Below, piece after piece: positions 42,916-56,760 of a stretch of 64,000 nt of DNA. Numbering within the stretch: position 1 is the stretch's first letter; each line of letters begins with the position of its first letter. Source of the stretch: Yuukianura sp. NJ FZ-2021 (lineage: Eukaryota); contig CM102288.1 of the NCBI GenBank assembly GCA_046563655.1, forward strand, positions 1,426,001 to 1,490,000, read 5' to 3'. Below the pieces are notes generated by a model, which worked only from the letters and a program-made list of their open reading frames with translations, did no database searches and had not been told where the DNA came from. The position numbers and the translations under genes are program-made.

Positions 42916-43531
42916 ATGGCTGGAGTGATTGCAGCGTTATTTCCAAAACGATTGCCACATCCTGTAGGATTTTTCGTATATCCACTAACTCTTCACCTTA
43001 GTGCTCAAATTACAGTAAGTGAACTAAACATTGGGAAAACTTAACGATTACGATTGAATGAATGTAGTTTTGATTTGTTATTTTCCCTAGAGTCAAATTC
43101 CCGTGAATAGTCGCCAGAAAAGCACCACTGTTGAGGCGCCATACAAAACAGTCAAAGACTACGCTGATGCCCGCATAGCCCAACCATCCAAAGGGAAGAT
43201 CTACGACAAGAAACCATTCAAAGTGAAACTAATCAAGGGCAAGAAATACGCATGGTGTTGTTGTGGATGGAGTAAATCACAGGTTAGTTACTTGACTAAA
43301 ACATATTCCAAACCTCAATTCCACGTTAACAATGTCGTTGTCCCTGATTTGCAGCCATTTTGTGACGGAACTCACTCCAACTCTCTTCTTCGTATCAAAC
43401 TTATGCCAGTCATCTTCATAGCTCCTGAAACCAATGAATATTGGTTATGCAACTGTAAACAAACGTCCCAGAGACCGTTCTGTGACGGAACACATCGAGA
43501 GGAAGAAATCCAACTTAAGATAAGATCATAG
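42916..43531 (+). CDS. CISD3: CDGSH iron-sulfur domain protein 3 (MiNT/Miner2-like), probably mitochondrial
   Basis: Exons 42916-43014, 43091-43282, 43355-43531. Two CDGSH motifs, WCCCGWSKSQ|PFCDGTH and LCNCKQTSQRPFCDGTH; N-terminus lacks acidic residues, like a presequence. Confidence 0.93.
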
Positions 43532-44670
43532 GCCTTATGGAATTAGTACACCTAGAAATTCATTAAATTCAGCAACGTCGAGTAAGTAAAAATGACCAAG
43601 AAACTACAAAAGAACTTATGTTTTGCGTATTTTATTTTAATAGCAACACTGCTTCTAATCACAACGCAAACTGATCAGTTTAAAGAAATTTGTGATAAGG
43701 AGTAATTTCCAGGAGGTGTTCCAGGATCAAGGAAACTCCATCAATTAGAGTTAAATAAGCTTATGACGAATTACTCAGTAGCTTTTGGACATGCATTTTT
43801 TGGTAATTACTTCCCTACTATAAAATCTAAACTAATTAGAAGTGGGATATCCAGGGACTGGGTGCGGCTGGACATCAGGAAGAGAATTAACTAGAAGAGC
43901 AGTTCCAAAAACGACTTAAAAGTGACGAACTTCTTACATGATTTTTGGTTTTGTTCGGGACATTTTCCGTTTTCGGAATTTTGAAAAAAAAAAAACGTTT
44001 TCATAAATCATAATTAGTTACAAAGAAATAATTTAAGCTACTTAAGAATAAGTTAAAACATGACTAAAAAGCTCATCAAAACAGGAAATATGTTTTAAAA
44101 AACAGTAATCCCACTTTCTCCCATACTTCCCCTCCAATTTTCTTCGAATTCCTGCTCTCCATCACAATCATAATTATAATCATAATTATTATTATAATTA
44201 TAACTATGATTATTATAATTATAATTTAGTAACTAACTACTTATTACTAATAACTGACATGACATGGTTCTCTCTGTCTTAATTTTCTTTGGGCTAAGGA
44301 ACAACCATTTCGAGACTTATAAAAAACGAAACAAAAGGACGCAATGCTTTCTCCTGAGGATTCCAGTTACACTAACTTGCAAGTTGCAACTTAATTGATG
44401 AGCAGAATTAGACGGGATCATAAATCAAGCATTTCAGCTACTAAACTAATTGAAATGAAGGAGAACACAGGTGGGATATAACGGGTACTAGGTTAACTTA
44501 ATATCTTCCATTTAGTTTGTGTAAGGGAGTTGGAGAAGGTTTTTACTAGAGACAACTCCTGTGTTCAGTAGCTATTCAGTGACGAAAATGCTACGTTTCG
44601 GTTTCCATTTTGGAAAAGTCAGTTCTCAATCAACTTGCATGTGAATTAATACCCTTGTGATGTGATGGTG

Positions 44671-47010
44671 CTACTCGATAGCTTTTTGGATAAAGTCCAA
44701 AAACCGTTTGGCATATTGTTCAGGTTCACATGTAGAGATTCCTTCGACGTTGCTTCCATATTTGACTGTTTTGGCTGCTTTGGCAGCTTGTTTTTTCATT
44801 CCATAGTGAGTCAGGACGTCAATCACAGCTAAGAAGTAAATCTCACGCTTTGGTGCACCTGAAAAAGAGGAAAAACGAATCAAATCAATCGACGATTAAC
44901 AGAAATTGAAAAGATTTGGAGAAAATCTTACTAGCATTAGAAGGGATGGCATAAATATCAATTTCTGGAATGATTCTGCCGTCAAATTCAAATTCTCCTT
45001 GGAGTCCAGGAGAGGGAGACTCTGGTGGTGTGGGAACTCCGCCACCTTGACCTGGATGACCTTCATCAGAATCATCCACTTCTTCAACGCCATTTTCATC
45101 CTGTAAAGATTCCATCAAAAGACGTAAATTAGCATCGTTAGAATCAAATATCTGTGAACTTGTCAGTGAAGTGACCGGTGAAAACTAACTTGTGAGTCCG
45201 TCTTGTCCTTTTCGTCCTGCTCAGCCTTGTCACAGTCGTGAACACCAAGGAGGAGAGAGTAATCCATGAGATGGAGCTTCGTCAGAAACTGTTAGCACAA
45301 AACAGTTAATTTTTTAATGTGCTGGATCAATTGGAAGGGGTCATTTATGGTTATGTTCTTGTCGTTACTTCGACATCTGCAGTGAGTGTCTCCATGAGCT
45401 TCTCCTTGGCTTCATCTCCAATGTAAACTTTTCCGCCGTCCCGGATAAAGTCATTGTCCTTCAACGTAGGCAGATCTTTCCCTTTCTCCTTACTTGATGC
45501 TTCTCGGTCCACTGTCGAGCCTTTCAGATCGTACTTCCTGACATGCCGAAAATTAAATGATGAATATTGAGCAATATAAGCTTCTAATATCCGATTCAAC
45601 TCACCGATGAAGTTTAAGGTGGTTGCTAAATACGTTCCTGGAGACGACCATCTGAAAGTTACAACAATTCGGACATTGAGCATTCGGTTCGACCTATGTT
45701 TCCAATTCGCTGAGTTTCAATCTTAATCTTACGTAGTGTTCCACACCATCCACCGTTAATCGATACATGCCAAGATACTGGGGGAGGAGTGTCTTTCCAT
45801 GCCGCTCCACGACAAACTAAAAACAAAAAATGGGTTAACTTTGTTAGATAATTCGTGAGCCCAGAAGTAATTGGTTAAGTTGAATTGCTTACAGGATGAT
45901 ACTGTTTCAGAAGTGAGTGCATCTGCTCGATCTCCTCACTTGTCAGAGTCTTAATAATGTAGATCCTATCCGAGGAAATGTAAAACTTTGCTCCGCTCTT
46001 TCCATGATTTGCGAAATGAAGTGGTTCAGACCTAAAACATCAGTTAGCACGTCATAAAAATGTTCAGTCACAATTTTAGGCTAAAATTTTTAGCACAACG
46101 TAAAGAGAAAGTAATTTCCATACCTTGTGAGACTCTCTCTGTAATCTTGATCATCTACACCAAACCGTTCTCTGAGGTTCCGGAAAACGAGTGGGCAGTA
46201 CTCTTTGACTTTGAAATGACTTGGAAGATTTTCCCTAGAGAAATTCAATCTTAACTAACGAACGCGAAAGAAGAGAAATCCAATTAATTATGTTAAAAGT
46301 GTTGAGTTACTTGTTGAATAAATGATTATCCACACGGGTCTTTGAGTAGGAGCGAAAGTCATCCGGCATTAGCATCACCGGAACATTTACACAAGCCAGA
46401 TCATTAATCTGAAACCAGAAGGAAAAGAGACGTCAATTATCAATTAAATACTAACCATATTGAACATTCAACAGCCTCCCACGTCTCAAATGTTCTGCAC
46501 TGCACTGTAATGTCATGCTTGTCTTAAGTGGAATCCAGTGACATAATTTACTGGACTGAGGTCATGAAAGATCAAATTCATTGTGCACAACAAGCGGAAT
46601 TAGGTACACCGAAATATAAATTGGCAAGGTCATTCTACAAACTTCTGAATTCTGCATAAGTGTAAAAATAGAAATCAGAAGATTGGTTGACACTTGACAC
46701 ATGTTGACTTTGTGGGTTTTGTGGAGTGTGGACATGACAGTTTGGATGTGGCGACATGACACACTTAAGTGAACCACAAAGATCACCAGTCATTACCTAA
46801 TCAATTGCAACTACGTTCCACAGATCAGCTAATTAACAAGTAATTATCATCTCTGCTTTGTTACTAGCAGGAAAATGTATTTTTCCTTACCGCATGATTC
46901 ACTCCCCACATAAAAACTGAAATTAGGGGTTCACTTGCTCGAAATACTTTGACTTTTTGATGTTTGACTCGAATATGCTTTTTCTTCAGTTTGCTCGTGA
47001 CCCCACTCAT
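44671..47010 (-). CDS. PIP4K2: Phosphatidylinositol 5-phosphate 4-kinase (type II PIP kinase)
   Basis: Exons 47010-46891, 46408-46311, 46234-46124, 46031-45893, 45816-45733, 45651-45605, 45537-45369, 45288-45190, 45100-44932, 44858-44671. Motifs [55 protein letters not shown], type-II loop [14 protein letters not shown]. Confidence 0.96.
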
Positions 47011-49092
47011 CTTGATTCCGTTTCAGTCGAGGTCACGCGAAAGTCAGATTCGGTAATTCAGTTGTGAGATCCTTGATTTGATGCTAAAAATGCACTGGAC
47101 AGCCAGTCCTCTCCTCCCGAAACCGATGAAATCTTGTTCCAAAACCAGACGGTAGCGGATGATTGTTTAGACGAAGTCAGATTCAACTGAAAAAAGAAAA
47201 GAAAATGAATGAAAAAGTTAGTTATGTTTTACTTTTTTCAAGGTTTTAGCATTTTTTGTTTATTCTAATGAAAACAACGTAAAAGCTCCTTATTGTAAAC
47301 AAACGGGCGTCTACAATCCAGCAAATTTTTTGGACAAAGGTGAGATAATCGAATGAAAACAAATATCTCCCAGTGTTTATTCTTTCTCCCCCGATAAATC
47401 AATAAAAGTGCCATAAATTATTACGCTTATCCCATTAAAACCTTAACGCCCCGCTGCTCACCGCTATTTATCGTTCGTATTGACGGCTAAAGACCAAGTC
47501 TTCGACTCCTTCCGACAAAACCCTTCACGAGACAATGTAAAATGAACAAGTTGACCTCTAAAATTCAAGGTCAAAACTTTGACTCAAAAATTCTTGATTT
47601 GTGAGCACAGCTGATAAAAATTGACACAATAACCAAAAAAAGTAAACGCCCAAACCTCGCAAAGCAATTACTACACTTTATACTTACGTGTGAAACGGAA
47701 ACCGAATTGACGTTAAAACGATTTGCGAAAAAATGACTCACTAATAGTTGACGGAATATTGTCGTCACCTGCCTGTCGTGAACTCAACCACTAATTTAAC
47801 TAAATTTTGTATGAATGACAACGCCTCAGTGTCATACCTGCCCGTGCAACCGCACTTACCCAAAGATTAAAATGTTGACGTTGACAGCCACAGGATCAAC
47901 CTGATTAGTTGGTGAGACCCTGTAAGTAGTTCCAACACCTTTCCATTGCTGTATTAAGTAGTTGGAATCACAACCAGGATGTGGTTGACAAGCACTCGAA
48001 TGACCAGTTTTACAAATGTTGTGCTGGTTCTGCTGAATCCTGGATATCCTGGACTGATAAAATGCGCAAGTAACGAGATTTTGAGGTGTTGTTGACTTGT
48101 TTGTGTTGTTCTAGGGATTTTGTCCACTGCACTGCGACTGCTACAGACGTTCTTGGTTATCCCAGTACAAATGATCCAAGCCCTCGGATATTCTGCTGGA
48201 TTCTCTGGAAGTATGAAGTATCCACCCTAAACATTTGCTAAAAAAAATCAACCAAAGTAAAAGAACGGGAGAATACGACAAACACTTCAAGCACACTAGA
48301 CACACGCCCCGAGCCAGTCCCTGTATTTTGCCAAAAAATCTCCAGTTGCCAAGTTGTCAAGTTGCGGACTGAGCCGTTACGTGAAAGCCACCCGAAATGA
48401 AAGGATTTTGCGGCTTGTGCAACTTGAACCAAGAGAAGACTTTTATAAAAATTATCAACAGAAATTAAAAGTGCTCTCATTTATTACAATTAATTAGGTA
48501 TTAGTTTCATTACGTGAACAAAACCAATTTGTTATACAACGATACAAATCTACACGCCGTACAACAATATTTTATTGCTTTTTGAAATTAAATTCCAGGG
48601 ATTGATTAAGTTAAAGTCACTGTTCCACCTTGAGAATATGAGTATTTTATTGAAATTTTAGCCAAGGGAAGTGTTAAGTGTTTATTTTATTAAATTTGAA
48701 ACCTAATCATTTATAAGTTTTTTTTTAATTAAAAGATAAAAGAAATTGGAAAGAAAAATGTAAATTTGCACTAACGGAAAATGCAAGAAAGAAGTGGGCA
48801 GTAAGGTGAACTTTTACGGTAACGAACCGGGGGCATTGATCTCAATGTGGCAACAAGGAATGGAAAATTTACAGGGGTAAATTGTTACACTGGGTTGAAT
48901 ACCCATGTGGTTCGCGCACTTTCTAGCCCAATACTTCTGCATGGTCATTTCATTTCTTGCCTTGTCACACTTTGCTGGTCGGTTGATGTTCTTTGATATT
49001 CAATTAAGTTTTGGTCGATTAATCGTTTCGTAACATTTTAAGTCCTCTAAATACTGTAAGTTTATTTTAACAGAAAATTATTTGTCAACGCA

Positions 49093-50184
49093 ATGTCTTC
49101 TCGAAATAATCAATTCGAAGTAAACCCGGTAAGTTTCAGTTCTTGTCAATTTGTAATCAGCTGAAACTTTTTTACGATTTGATTAACTGATTATTGAATT
49201 TACCAATTTCCTGTGGATTTCAGGATGTGGAGAGCTTCATCACTAGCCTCAAGGAAAAGGCAGAAAACAAAGTGAAGGTGGAATTCCCTGCCAAGATTGT
49301 TGAACTCACACAGTTACTGGAGTCAGCTGACTTCAAGTGCAAGGACCCAGCACAGTTTAACCAAAAGGTCAACATTCCAATACCTGATGCCGAGGCAATT
49401 AGACGTGGAACCACTAACTGCAATAGTAGTGTCGCCGACGAATCGGAATCGTCGTCTCCGCCGACAAGAGGCAAGAAGAGGAAACTGGAAGGGGCCAAGC
49501 AAGCAGCCCCGCCGCCACCAGTTGACGTTGAACTTGACAATGGAAAAATTCAAGGTACAAAAGTACTTGCCCTTCCCAGTGGACCTATTTTTTGCAACAC
49601 CAATATTACCCGTCTCATCGACATCGTCAAGCCTCATATACGCGAACTCGTCGAGGATTCTAACCTGGTAAGTTTAGAAAAACGAAAGATATTCTCATGA
49701 AAGTAGTCTGGAATGAAACTAACTTTTCAAAACCAATTTCAGCTGAAAATGTGGATAACGTTCTTGATTCCAAAGATCGAAGATGGGAATAACTTTGGCG
49801 TAAGTATTCAAGAGGACACATTGGGAGAGATCCGCACCGTGGAGGCTGAGGCTGCTGCCTTTTATGAGCAGATCAGTCGGTACTACATGGGACGTGGGAA
49901 GGTCATATCCAAGGTGAGCTACAAACTTCGTTTGTCCACAATTGATCCATCGTTAAACATTTAAAAGCTAAAACTGAAGAGTGATTTTCTTTTAGATTGC
50001 CAAGTACCCTCAATTCGACGATTACAGAAGGCTTGTGAGTGAATTAGACGAAAAGGAATTTTTGAGTCTGCGTATCGTCGTATCCGAGGTTCGCAACCAC
50101 TACGCTGCCCTCTACGATCTAATTACCAAAAACATGGAGAAGATTGTTCGACCGAGATCGTCAAACGCTGAGAACTTATACTAA
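49093..50184 (+). CDS. PSME3: Proteasome activator complex subunit 3 (PA28-gamma / REG-gamma)
   Basis: Exons 49093-49128, 49224-49667, 49743-49913, 49996-50184. Motifs LKMWITFLIPKIEDGNNFGVSIQE, AKYP, insert NLS KKRK, C-terminus RPRSSNAENLY. Confidence 0.96.
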
Positions 50185-50384
50185 GGCATGAACCTCATCG
50201 TCTAACGTCTTTTTACTTTGACTAAGTACTAGCGACGACAAAAGTAACATTGTGTCACTGGTAACTTTACTGAATTAATGAATAGTATACTTAACAACAT
50301 GGCCAGACACTCTCACTTGGTAATCAAGGGATCATTAAACCGAAAAGTCGATTTGCATGGCACCGGCACATTTACCTTTGAAGT

Positions 50385-53300
50385 TTAATTTTCCAGTTGT
50401 TCAGGTTGAACTTGTGGCTCTTCATGGTTTGGATTTTCCATCATCGAGGCTCGTCTAGTAGCTTCCTGTTCGGCTACTTCTGCTTTCCTTTCATCAAGTT
50501 CTTGCTTGACCGCTCTCTTGAAGAATCCCGTCTGCAAGTCAAAGTTCATCATTGACCAACATTCTGTGAATCTTCAATTACTAATTACCTTGTAAAGTCC
50601 AAACATGATCAGAATCAGGAGCAGGAGTGCACCAATTCCGGAACCAATGTACACCCAAGTTGATTTTTCAGAAATTGAAACATCATTGAAATGGATAATT
50701 GTCTGAGCAAACGATTTTCCAGAATGTTCCCCGAACATTTCAACCGATCCCAACGTTTCTACCAGCAAAATCCTTTTGTCGCCCAAAACTCCAGCTGAAA
50801 TTGAGCGGTTTTCAGTAATTTCTGCCAAAAATGTTTTTCTATGACTAAAATAGTGTAGAAGTACCCGTCTGTGAGGCATTTAGGACCATGCCAATTCTGA
50901 TGAGCTCAATGGGTACATTTGGATGGACATTGTACATGTTACAAGTGACATCCATACAATCTTCAGACGGAACATGATCTCCCAAGTTTCCACAACCAAG
51001 GAGCGACATGTTGGAATTTGGCAAAATGCGGTGTACAATTGGCAAGCGCGATTTGAAATTCTCCGCTTCACGTCGTCGTCTTCGCGATTCCAGTTTTGGC
51101 CCGCCTTCTTCGTCGCCTTGAGCCGGAATTTCATGTCGACTGAACTGAGCGAAGTTTCCAACACACTGAATAGCCTAAAAATTATAAGAATTAATTAGTC
51201 TAGCTCAATTAACTCTAACTTCATTCCTCCAAAGTGACATTCCAATCGATAGATTAACAATGGCATACAATAGAAGTAGGGGCTTTGACTCTCAGCAAGG
51301 TTGGACTGCCGCGTTTCTGCGGAATTTTGAAGTTGAAATACAAGATTCCAACTGGAGACGTTCCAGTGAGAATGACCTAAACGAAAAAAAAACGTTGACC
51401 TTTGACCTGTTCAAATATTTTCTTTTAACTTTTTACCTCATAAAGTTGGAAAAAATTGGAATGGACACTGACAGATTGTTCAGGGGGTGTGACTGAGCCA
51501 ATGAGCTTCACTCCCACATCGTTTGCATTCAGTGTCAGCACAAGGTCTTTTGGCACTTGCTTTTTAGAATTCGGGTCATTTCTAGCTTGGACGCTCACAC
51601 CAACTATAAATTCGTCCTGCTCTGCCTTGGCGTAGATTCCAACCAAGGATACTGCAATTGGGAGTTCGATGGGCTAAAACCAACACAAACAAAACGTTTA
51701 TCAATCGAAAATCAATTAGAATTCATTAATTAACACAGTTGTACCTCATCTGCTCGGAGGGGTTTGTTGAGCGTGCAAGTAAAAATGACTGTAGTGTCTT
51801 TTCTCATTTTAGCTTCCCTGTCACTGTGAAATTGACAGTCGGCAGCGGCCGATTGGAAATCAATTCCTTGTTTCGCTGGAACCGTTTGACTTTTGAATGT
51901 AAACGTCACTTCAGCTGAGTAGGCAGGTTCACCACGATTCGTAAGTTTGACGTGAATCCCAAGTCGTTTGGCCCAATTCAAACTAACTCTGAACAAAATC
52001 ATACAATTTTGATTACTTTCTAATTTTTGAAAAATACAAAATTTTGGCTACAGTTCTTAGCGTCTTACTCTGAAATTTTTTGAGAGTTTCCTGGAATGCT
52101 GTCATCGGCCCACCAAGCTTCAATTCCTAACTCTGGAACACAGTGACTTGGATTCTTGCAAGCAGAATTGATGTTAAGTTCTTGTGGAATTATCCTCTTT
52201 TCCCAAGAAAATGGAGCTAATGGCTCAAACACGTCTGGAATAACGTCATCAATCAATTACTAATTAATCAATTACTTCTGCAGATGACCAATCAATTATT
52301 GACCTCTGCCTCCAAGAATCCTTGCTCTGCCAGAAGTCGATTCAATAACGTATTCCACAACTGAGTTATCCTTGCTTGATTTTCCAGCGTACTTGATCAA
52401 TTGCTGAAACGCAATCGGTTCGATTGAAGCCGATTTCTCATTAAGCGCCTAAACACAAAAAACAATGTCGTTATGTTCAACATTTTGACAGATTTTGAAT
52501 TTGAAAATTGATTTTTCAAAAAACGTTCACAAATTAAAGCTGAGTGTTCTTACGACATGTGCCTTGGCTTGTAGTGTTCTGCAATCAAATTGCAGAGCAT
52601 CCGCTTCAAGTTGAAATGTCACCCGATTGCCGCGTTGGTCACCAACGAATGAAAATCTTGGCTGTTGTTGACCAACGTCCATTTCAAATGTCACATCCAA
52701 CCCTACATTATTTTTTTCCAAAAAAATAAAAAAAATTATAAGAAGAGTTTAAAAAAAAACAATTCAAGTATTAAAAATTACTTAAAGTGTACAGGAATTG
52801 CGCTGATTCTGGTGTTACCACTTACTCAGCTTTGTCTGTGCTTCGGTTAGGGCTTTTCCTTTCAGTTTGACACAAGTTAGGACTTGGAATGACCTTTCGT
52901 TAGCCGGAAGTTGCTGAATTGGTTGGCGGGAATTGGTGTCACTGCCCTCAGCGTAGTAGGTCACGCTTGTTTCAAAATCCAGAACTGGGCGTGTCCTGAG
53001 TAGCACAAGTGACTGGGACTTGTAAGCTCCAACGGCCAAATCTATAACAGAGACCAAATGTTAAAGGTCAAAGGTCACTAAGCTGGTAATTTCTTGTTGG
53101 TTTGCAACTTTAGTTGTAGTACCAGGCGTGTAGTTGTGGTCAACATCCAGTGGAGTAGAAAACGAGCACCCGAATCCTTTCACGTTAAGTGACACAGTGC
53201 TGGACACGATTCGAACAATCGGTTTCCATTCCGTCTCCAAACTTTGTTTTCCGTGGTATATATAAACGGCTCCAACATCTTCGTCTTCATATGGAGCTCC

Positions 53301-55317
53301 GATGGCAAAATCTGAAAATATTCACATTTTGAAACAAGATTTTGACCAAAACAGGTCAAAGGTCAACATTTTTCACCTTGAAATCCGTCTTCATTTATGT
53401 CACCCAGTTTGACCATAGCCGATCCGAATCGACCGCCACGCTTGTTTCCAATTCCAGAAGTAATTCGAATAAGGTTTTGACTTTGAACTACGAATCCCGC
53501 TGTGATGACCTTCAAAAATCACCCAAAATGTAATCTTTGTCAAAGGTCAAAGGTCAAAAGTTGACTTACGCCTGGCAGAGTAGCGCTGTAGAGGAAAACT
53601 GTACCATGATCCACAAACTTTTGAGCTCCAGCTACTGTCGTTACTTCGTCATAAGAAGGAGCTCCAATCAGTAGTTCATCGAGACCATCATTGTTGAGGT
53701 CAACCGAGGTCAAGACAGATCCAAAGTAGGATCCAAATTGATCTCCAATCAGAACCGCTTCTTCCTGGATTCCCTCCATTTCTGTTCTACTCATTTTAAA
53801 AATTACGACATAGCCCAACAGACGTCGCCCTCGCGGTGACCCAGCAGCAAATGAAAACACGTCGGCATGATCAAACTGTCTTCGAAAAAATACTCCAGAA
53901 GTCACAGCATATCCTAAAAACCAAAAATTTTCATTAAAATTTCAAAATTTTGAACATAGTCAAAAACGAAACTTTCAATTTCGAAAAACTTGTCATCTGA
54001 TTCGTACTTACCAAAATACTCGTTAGCATATGCCTTATCCTTGCTTCGTTTTCCAATTCGGTAACCATTGAATTGGGATTTTCCAAAAGCATTTTTACGT
54101 CGCGCGTCAAAACGATCACGAGTGGAATCTTGATATCTGACGATAGCTCCTAGAAATTCAAATTTTCAAGGTCAAAGGTCAAATTTTGAAAAATCAAAAT
54201 TTTGAAAACTTACCTCTCCAGACCTGTACTCCGGGTGCTCCCATTAGCAATTGACCTTCGTTAGTCAAGTGCAAAGATACTCCGGCTTGACCGTGGGCTA
54301 AATTTGGCAGTAGAGTTGTATCGTATTCTTGACTATAAAACTGGAATGGCAAGGAGTCCGCAGAAGTTGCAGCTGAAACGTTATTTTTAATGTTAGTTCT
54401 TAACCTTGTTAATTTTAACTTACAAAATTAGAAAATTAGAAATTAGTAAATTAAAAGGTCTCACGGTAAAAGAATGGAATGAGACGATGGGACATGCTGT
54501 CATCAATATTGAGTTGATTCGTTCCAGTGAACATGCACATGCGTTGGGGGTCGAACCAATAGGCAAGGCCATTCACTACAGGATCCTATCAAAAAAAAAT
54601 GTTACAATTAATAAATAATTCATATAATTTATATAATTCATGAATTTTACAATATAATAAACCTTGTCACCGCCGCGGTGCCAATGATGAGCCGAAATAA
54701 CCAGCCGATTTTCACTGGTCACGATGTTTCCTCCAACCCAGTTCCGGTTGTGATACTCATAGTGCGGAGCTCCGGGAGGACAACGGTTACCGCAATCTGG
54801 AACACAAACGTAAAATTCAAAATATGAATTTCAAATTGTTGACCTTTGACCTCCGAAATTTACCACCTAACTCACCACGTATCGGGTCAATATTTAAAGT
54901 TTCACAATAAGGTACGCCAAGGCCATTTCCAAGATTTTCATAAGAGAACAAAGAGCATCTCCAAACAACTCCAGGTTCATCGACATTCCGAGTGACATAG
55001 GTGGGGTCACGAGTCGCGTTGGCCTTTGGGTCACCAATGAAAATCCTAAACAAAATACGTTTTGAAATATGAAATTTGAATTATGGCGGCATTTTTTTGA
55101 GTTTTAATTACCAAGATGTCGGTCGTCCTTGGACACCCTGGATATTGACCAGCCCGCTGCTCCAGCCGAAGTGCCCTCTACGACTGCCCGACTGGAAAAC
55201 AATTGGATTCAAAAGGTCAAAGGGCGTTTGAACTACTTCATCACCGTTCACTTTTTCCAAAAACAAAAGCAGCGTCACTACTTCAAAAACTACTGACAGG
55301 TAACGTGACTGCAACAT
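50385..55317 (-). CDS. Integrin alpha subunit (no I-domain), 19 coding exons
   Basis: Signal peptide, FG-GAP repeats (SYFGSVLTSVDLNNDGLDELLIGAP; RFGSAMVKLGDINEDGFQDFAIGAPY; DLAVGAY), LLRTRPV, NRGEPAY, furin-type RRRRR|E site (~51065-51090), TM (IGSGIGALLLLILIMFGLY) and KTGFFKR. An AG acceptor directly precedes the ATG, implying upstream 5'UTR exon(s). Subfamily not determined. Confidence 0.95.
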
Positions 55318-56699
55318 CCTAAAAAGTTCAAAATCAATTTCAAAAATTTCAATTTCCCCTGCCTAAAATATCATATTCTAAACCAGAATTCCAACAATTT
55401 ATCCAAATTCTAAGCGATTTGTAGTATTTGGTTCTTCTCAAAGTACTTATTTGTGTCAGGAAGTACAAAATTTTGGTCAAAAATGGACATAAGACAGCGT
55501 CATCATAACCACCAAATCCATCCGGGAAAAAACTAGCTTTTTCTAAAATGAGAGTCACTTCCACCGACAATTTACTTAAATTAATCAAACCCTTTTGCCT
55601 AACACTTGAGCAATTCAAACTCCAAATTCTAAAAAAAACGAAAAAATATCACAGACGACGTGCAAAATTTCTTAAAGCATTTCTCTATTACTGTTTCCAT
55701 TTGCTTAGGCAAGACATGAAAAGCTTTCCATTAAAACCTAAAACCTCAATAGAATTGATGCAGAAGAGACACATTTGTTTTTACAATGTGCAGATTCTGC
55801 GACATTTCAAGGACGCCAACAAGCACTGAAGCGTTGAAACCACATTATTTCAATTGGTCAGTTCAATTCCATCATCATTAACTCTAGGTAGACACAAAAA
55901 ACCCGAAAAAAGTCAATCTACAGCATAACATGCAAAATCCCTAGAGAGATCCACCACCACGCTGGAACCGTCGTTGTTACTTTCCCCTCCACAATTCCAT
56001 TTCCATTATTCCATGCTTCCAGTTGAACCTCCCCTGCACTGGAAGAAACACAGTCCACCTACCTACTCTACCTTCAGCATTCTGTCCATCACCAGTCCAC
56101 AAAACTAAAACAAGATATTGAACTTCGGCAGATAGTGACATTTCCCCGCAAATTAGCAACGATAAGTACAGAAACGCATTTTGGGGTATAGTGACGCACA
56201 CCGAAATATTTTTAGTCCATTGCGTTTAGTGTGGGCAGGGGAAAGTTAGGTTCAGCCAGAAAGTTGGGCTCATTTGACCTGTCTCTGTAGAACAAGCTAC
56301 AGTGAAAGCAGTAGTCCGTTACGGAGGATTATTTCTTTACAAAAAAGCACAGAAAAAAAGTTATCAAAATTTTTATAAAAGTTGTTGCTTCTAAACATTT
56401 TTTTTTCATTTTAAAACAATTTTCTGTTTGTTTGAAGTATTTTTTTTGTCCTCATTAGTGCAGTGAAATCGGAGAATTTTTAAAACAAAGTTTTTTTTTT
56501 AAGTGAAAGTTCGCTTTCCACATCGCTGCCGCTGCGCTGTTGGCAAAAAAACACAGTTTTAATTATACTAGAGCCGCTAACGCTTGAACTTCAAGGTCAT
56601 CTGAGGTCATCACCGCAGTATAAAATATTTGAAAGTGTAATCTATTTCAACATAGGTTGAAAATTGAAAAACTTTCTGAAGTTATAACAACAAAGTAGT

Positions 56700-56760
56700 T
56701 GGGTGGGGTGGGTTTAAGGGCTATATAAGCCTTAAAGTGTGGTTTTTGGGTGGGGTGGAT
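56700..56760 (+). promoter_or_regulatory. Candidate TATA promoter of the FNDC5-like gene
   Basis: TATATAA at 56722-56728 between GGGTGGGGTGG boxes. A + strand donor (G|gtaagg, 57039) and acceptor (ttcag, 59235) could lead to the ATG exon. Confidence 0.35.

Noticed and set aside
45101..45189. In-frame alternative acceptor in PIP4K adding 17 aa
   Set aside because: It would leave a 38-nt intron, shorter than the others in this window.
50795..50879. Apparent frameshift between integrin ORFs 50845-51045 and 50574-50879
   Set aside because: Explained by a normal phase-1 intron (donor 50864; acceptor 50795, or 50822).
20587..55317. Functional clustering of sog with an integrin alpha (they interact in Drosophila)
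   Set aside because: Five unrelated genes lie between them; no evidence beyond proximity.
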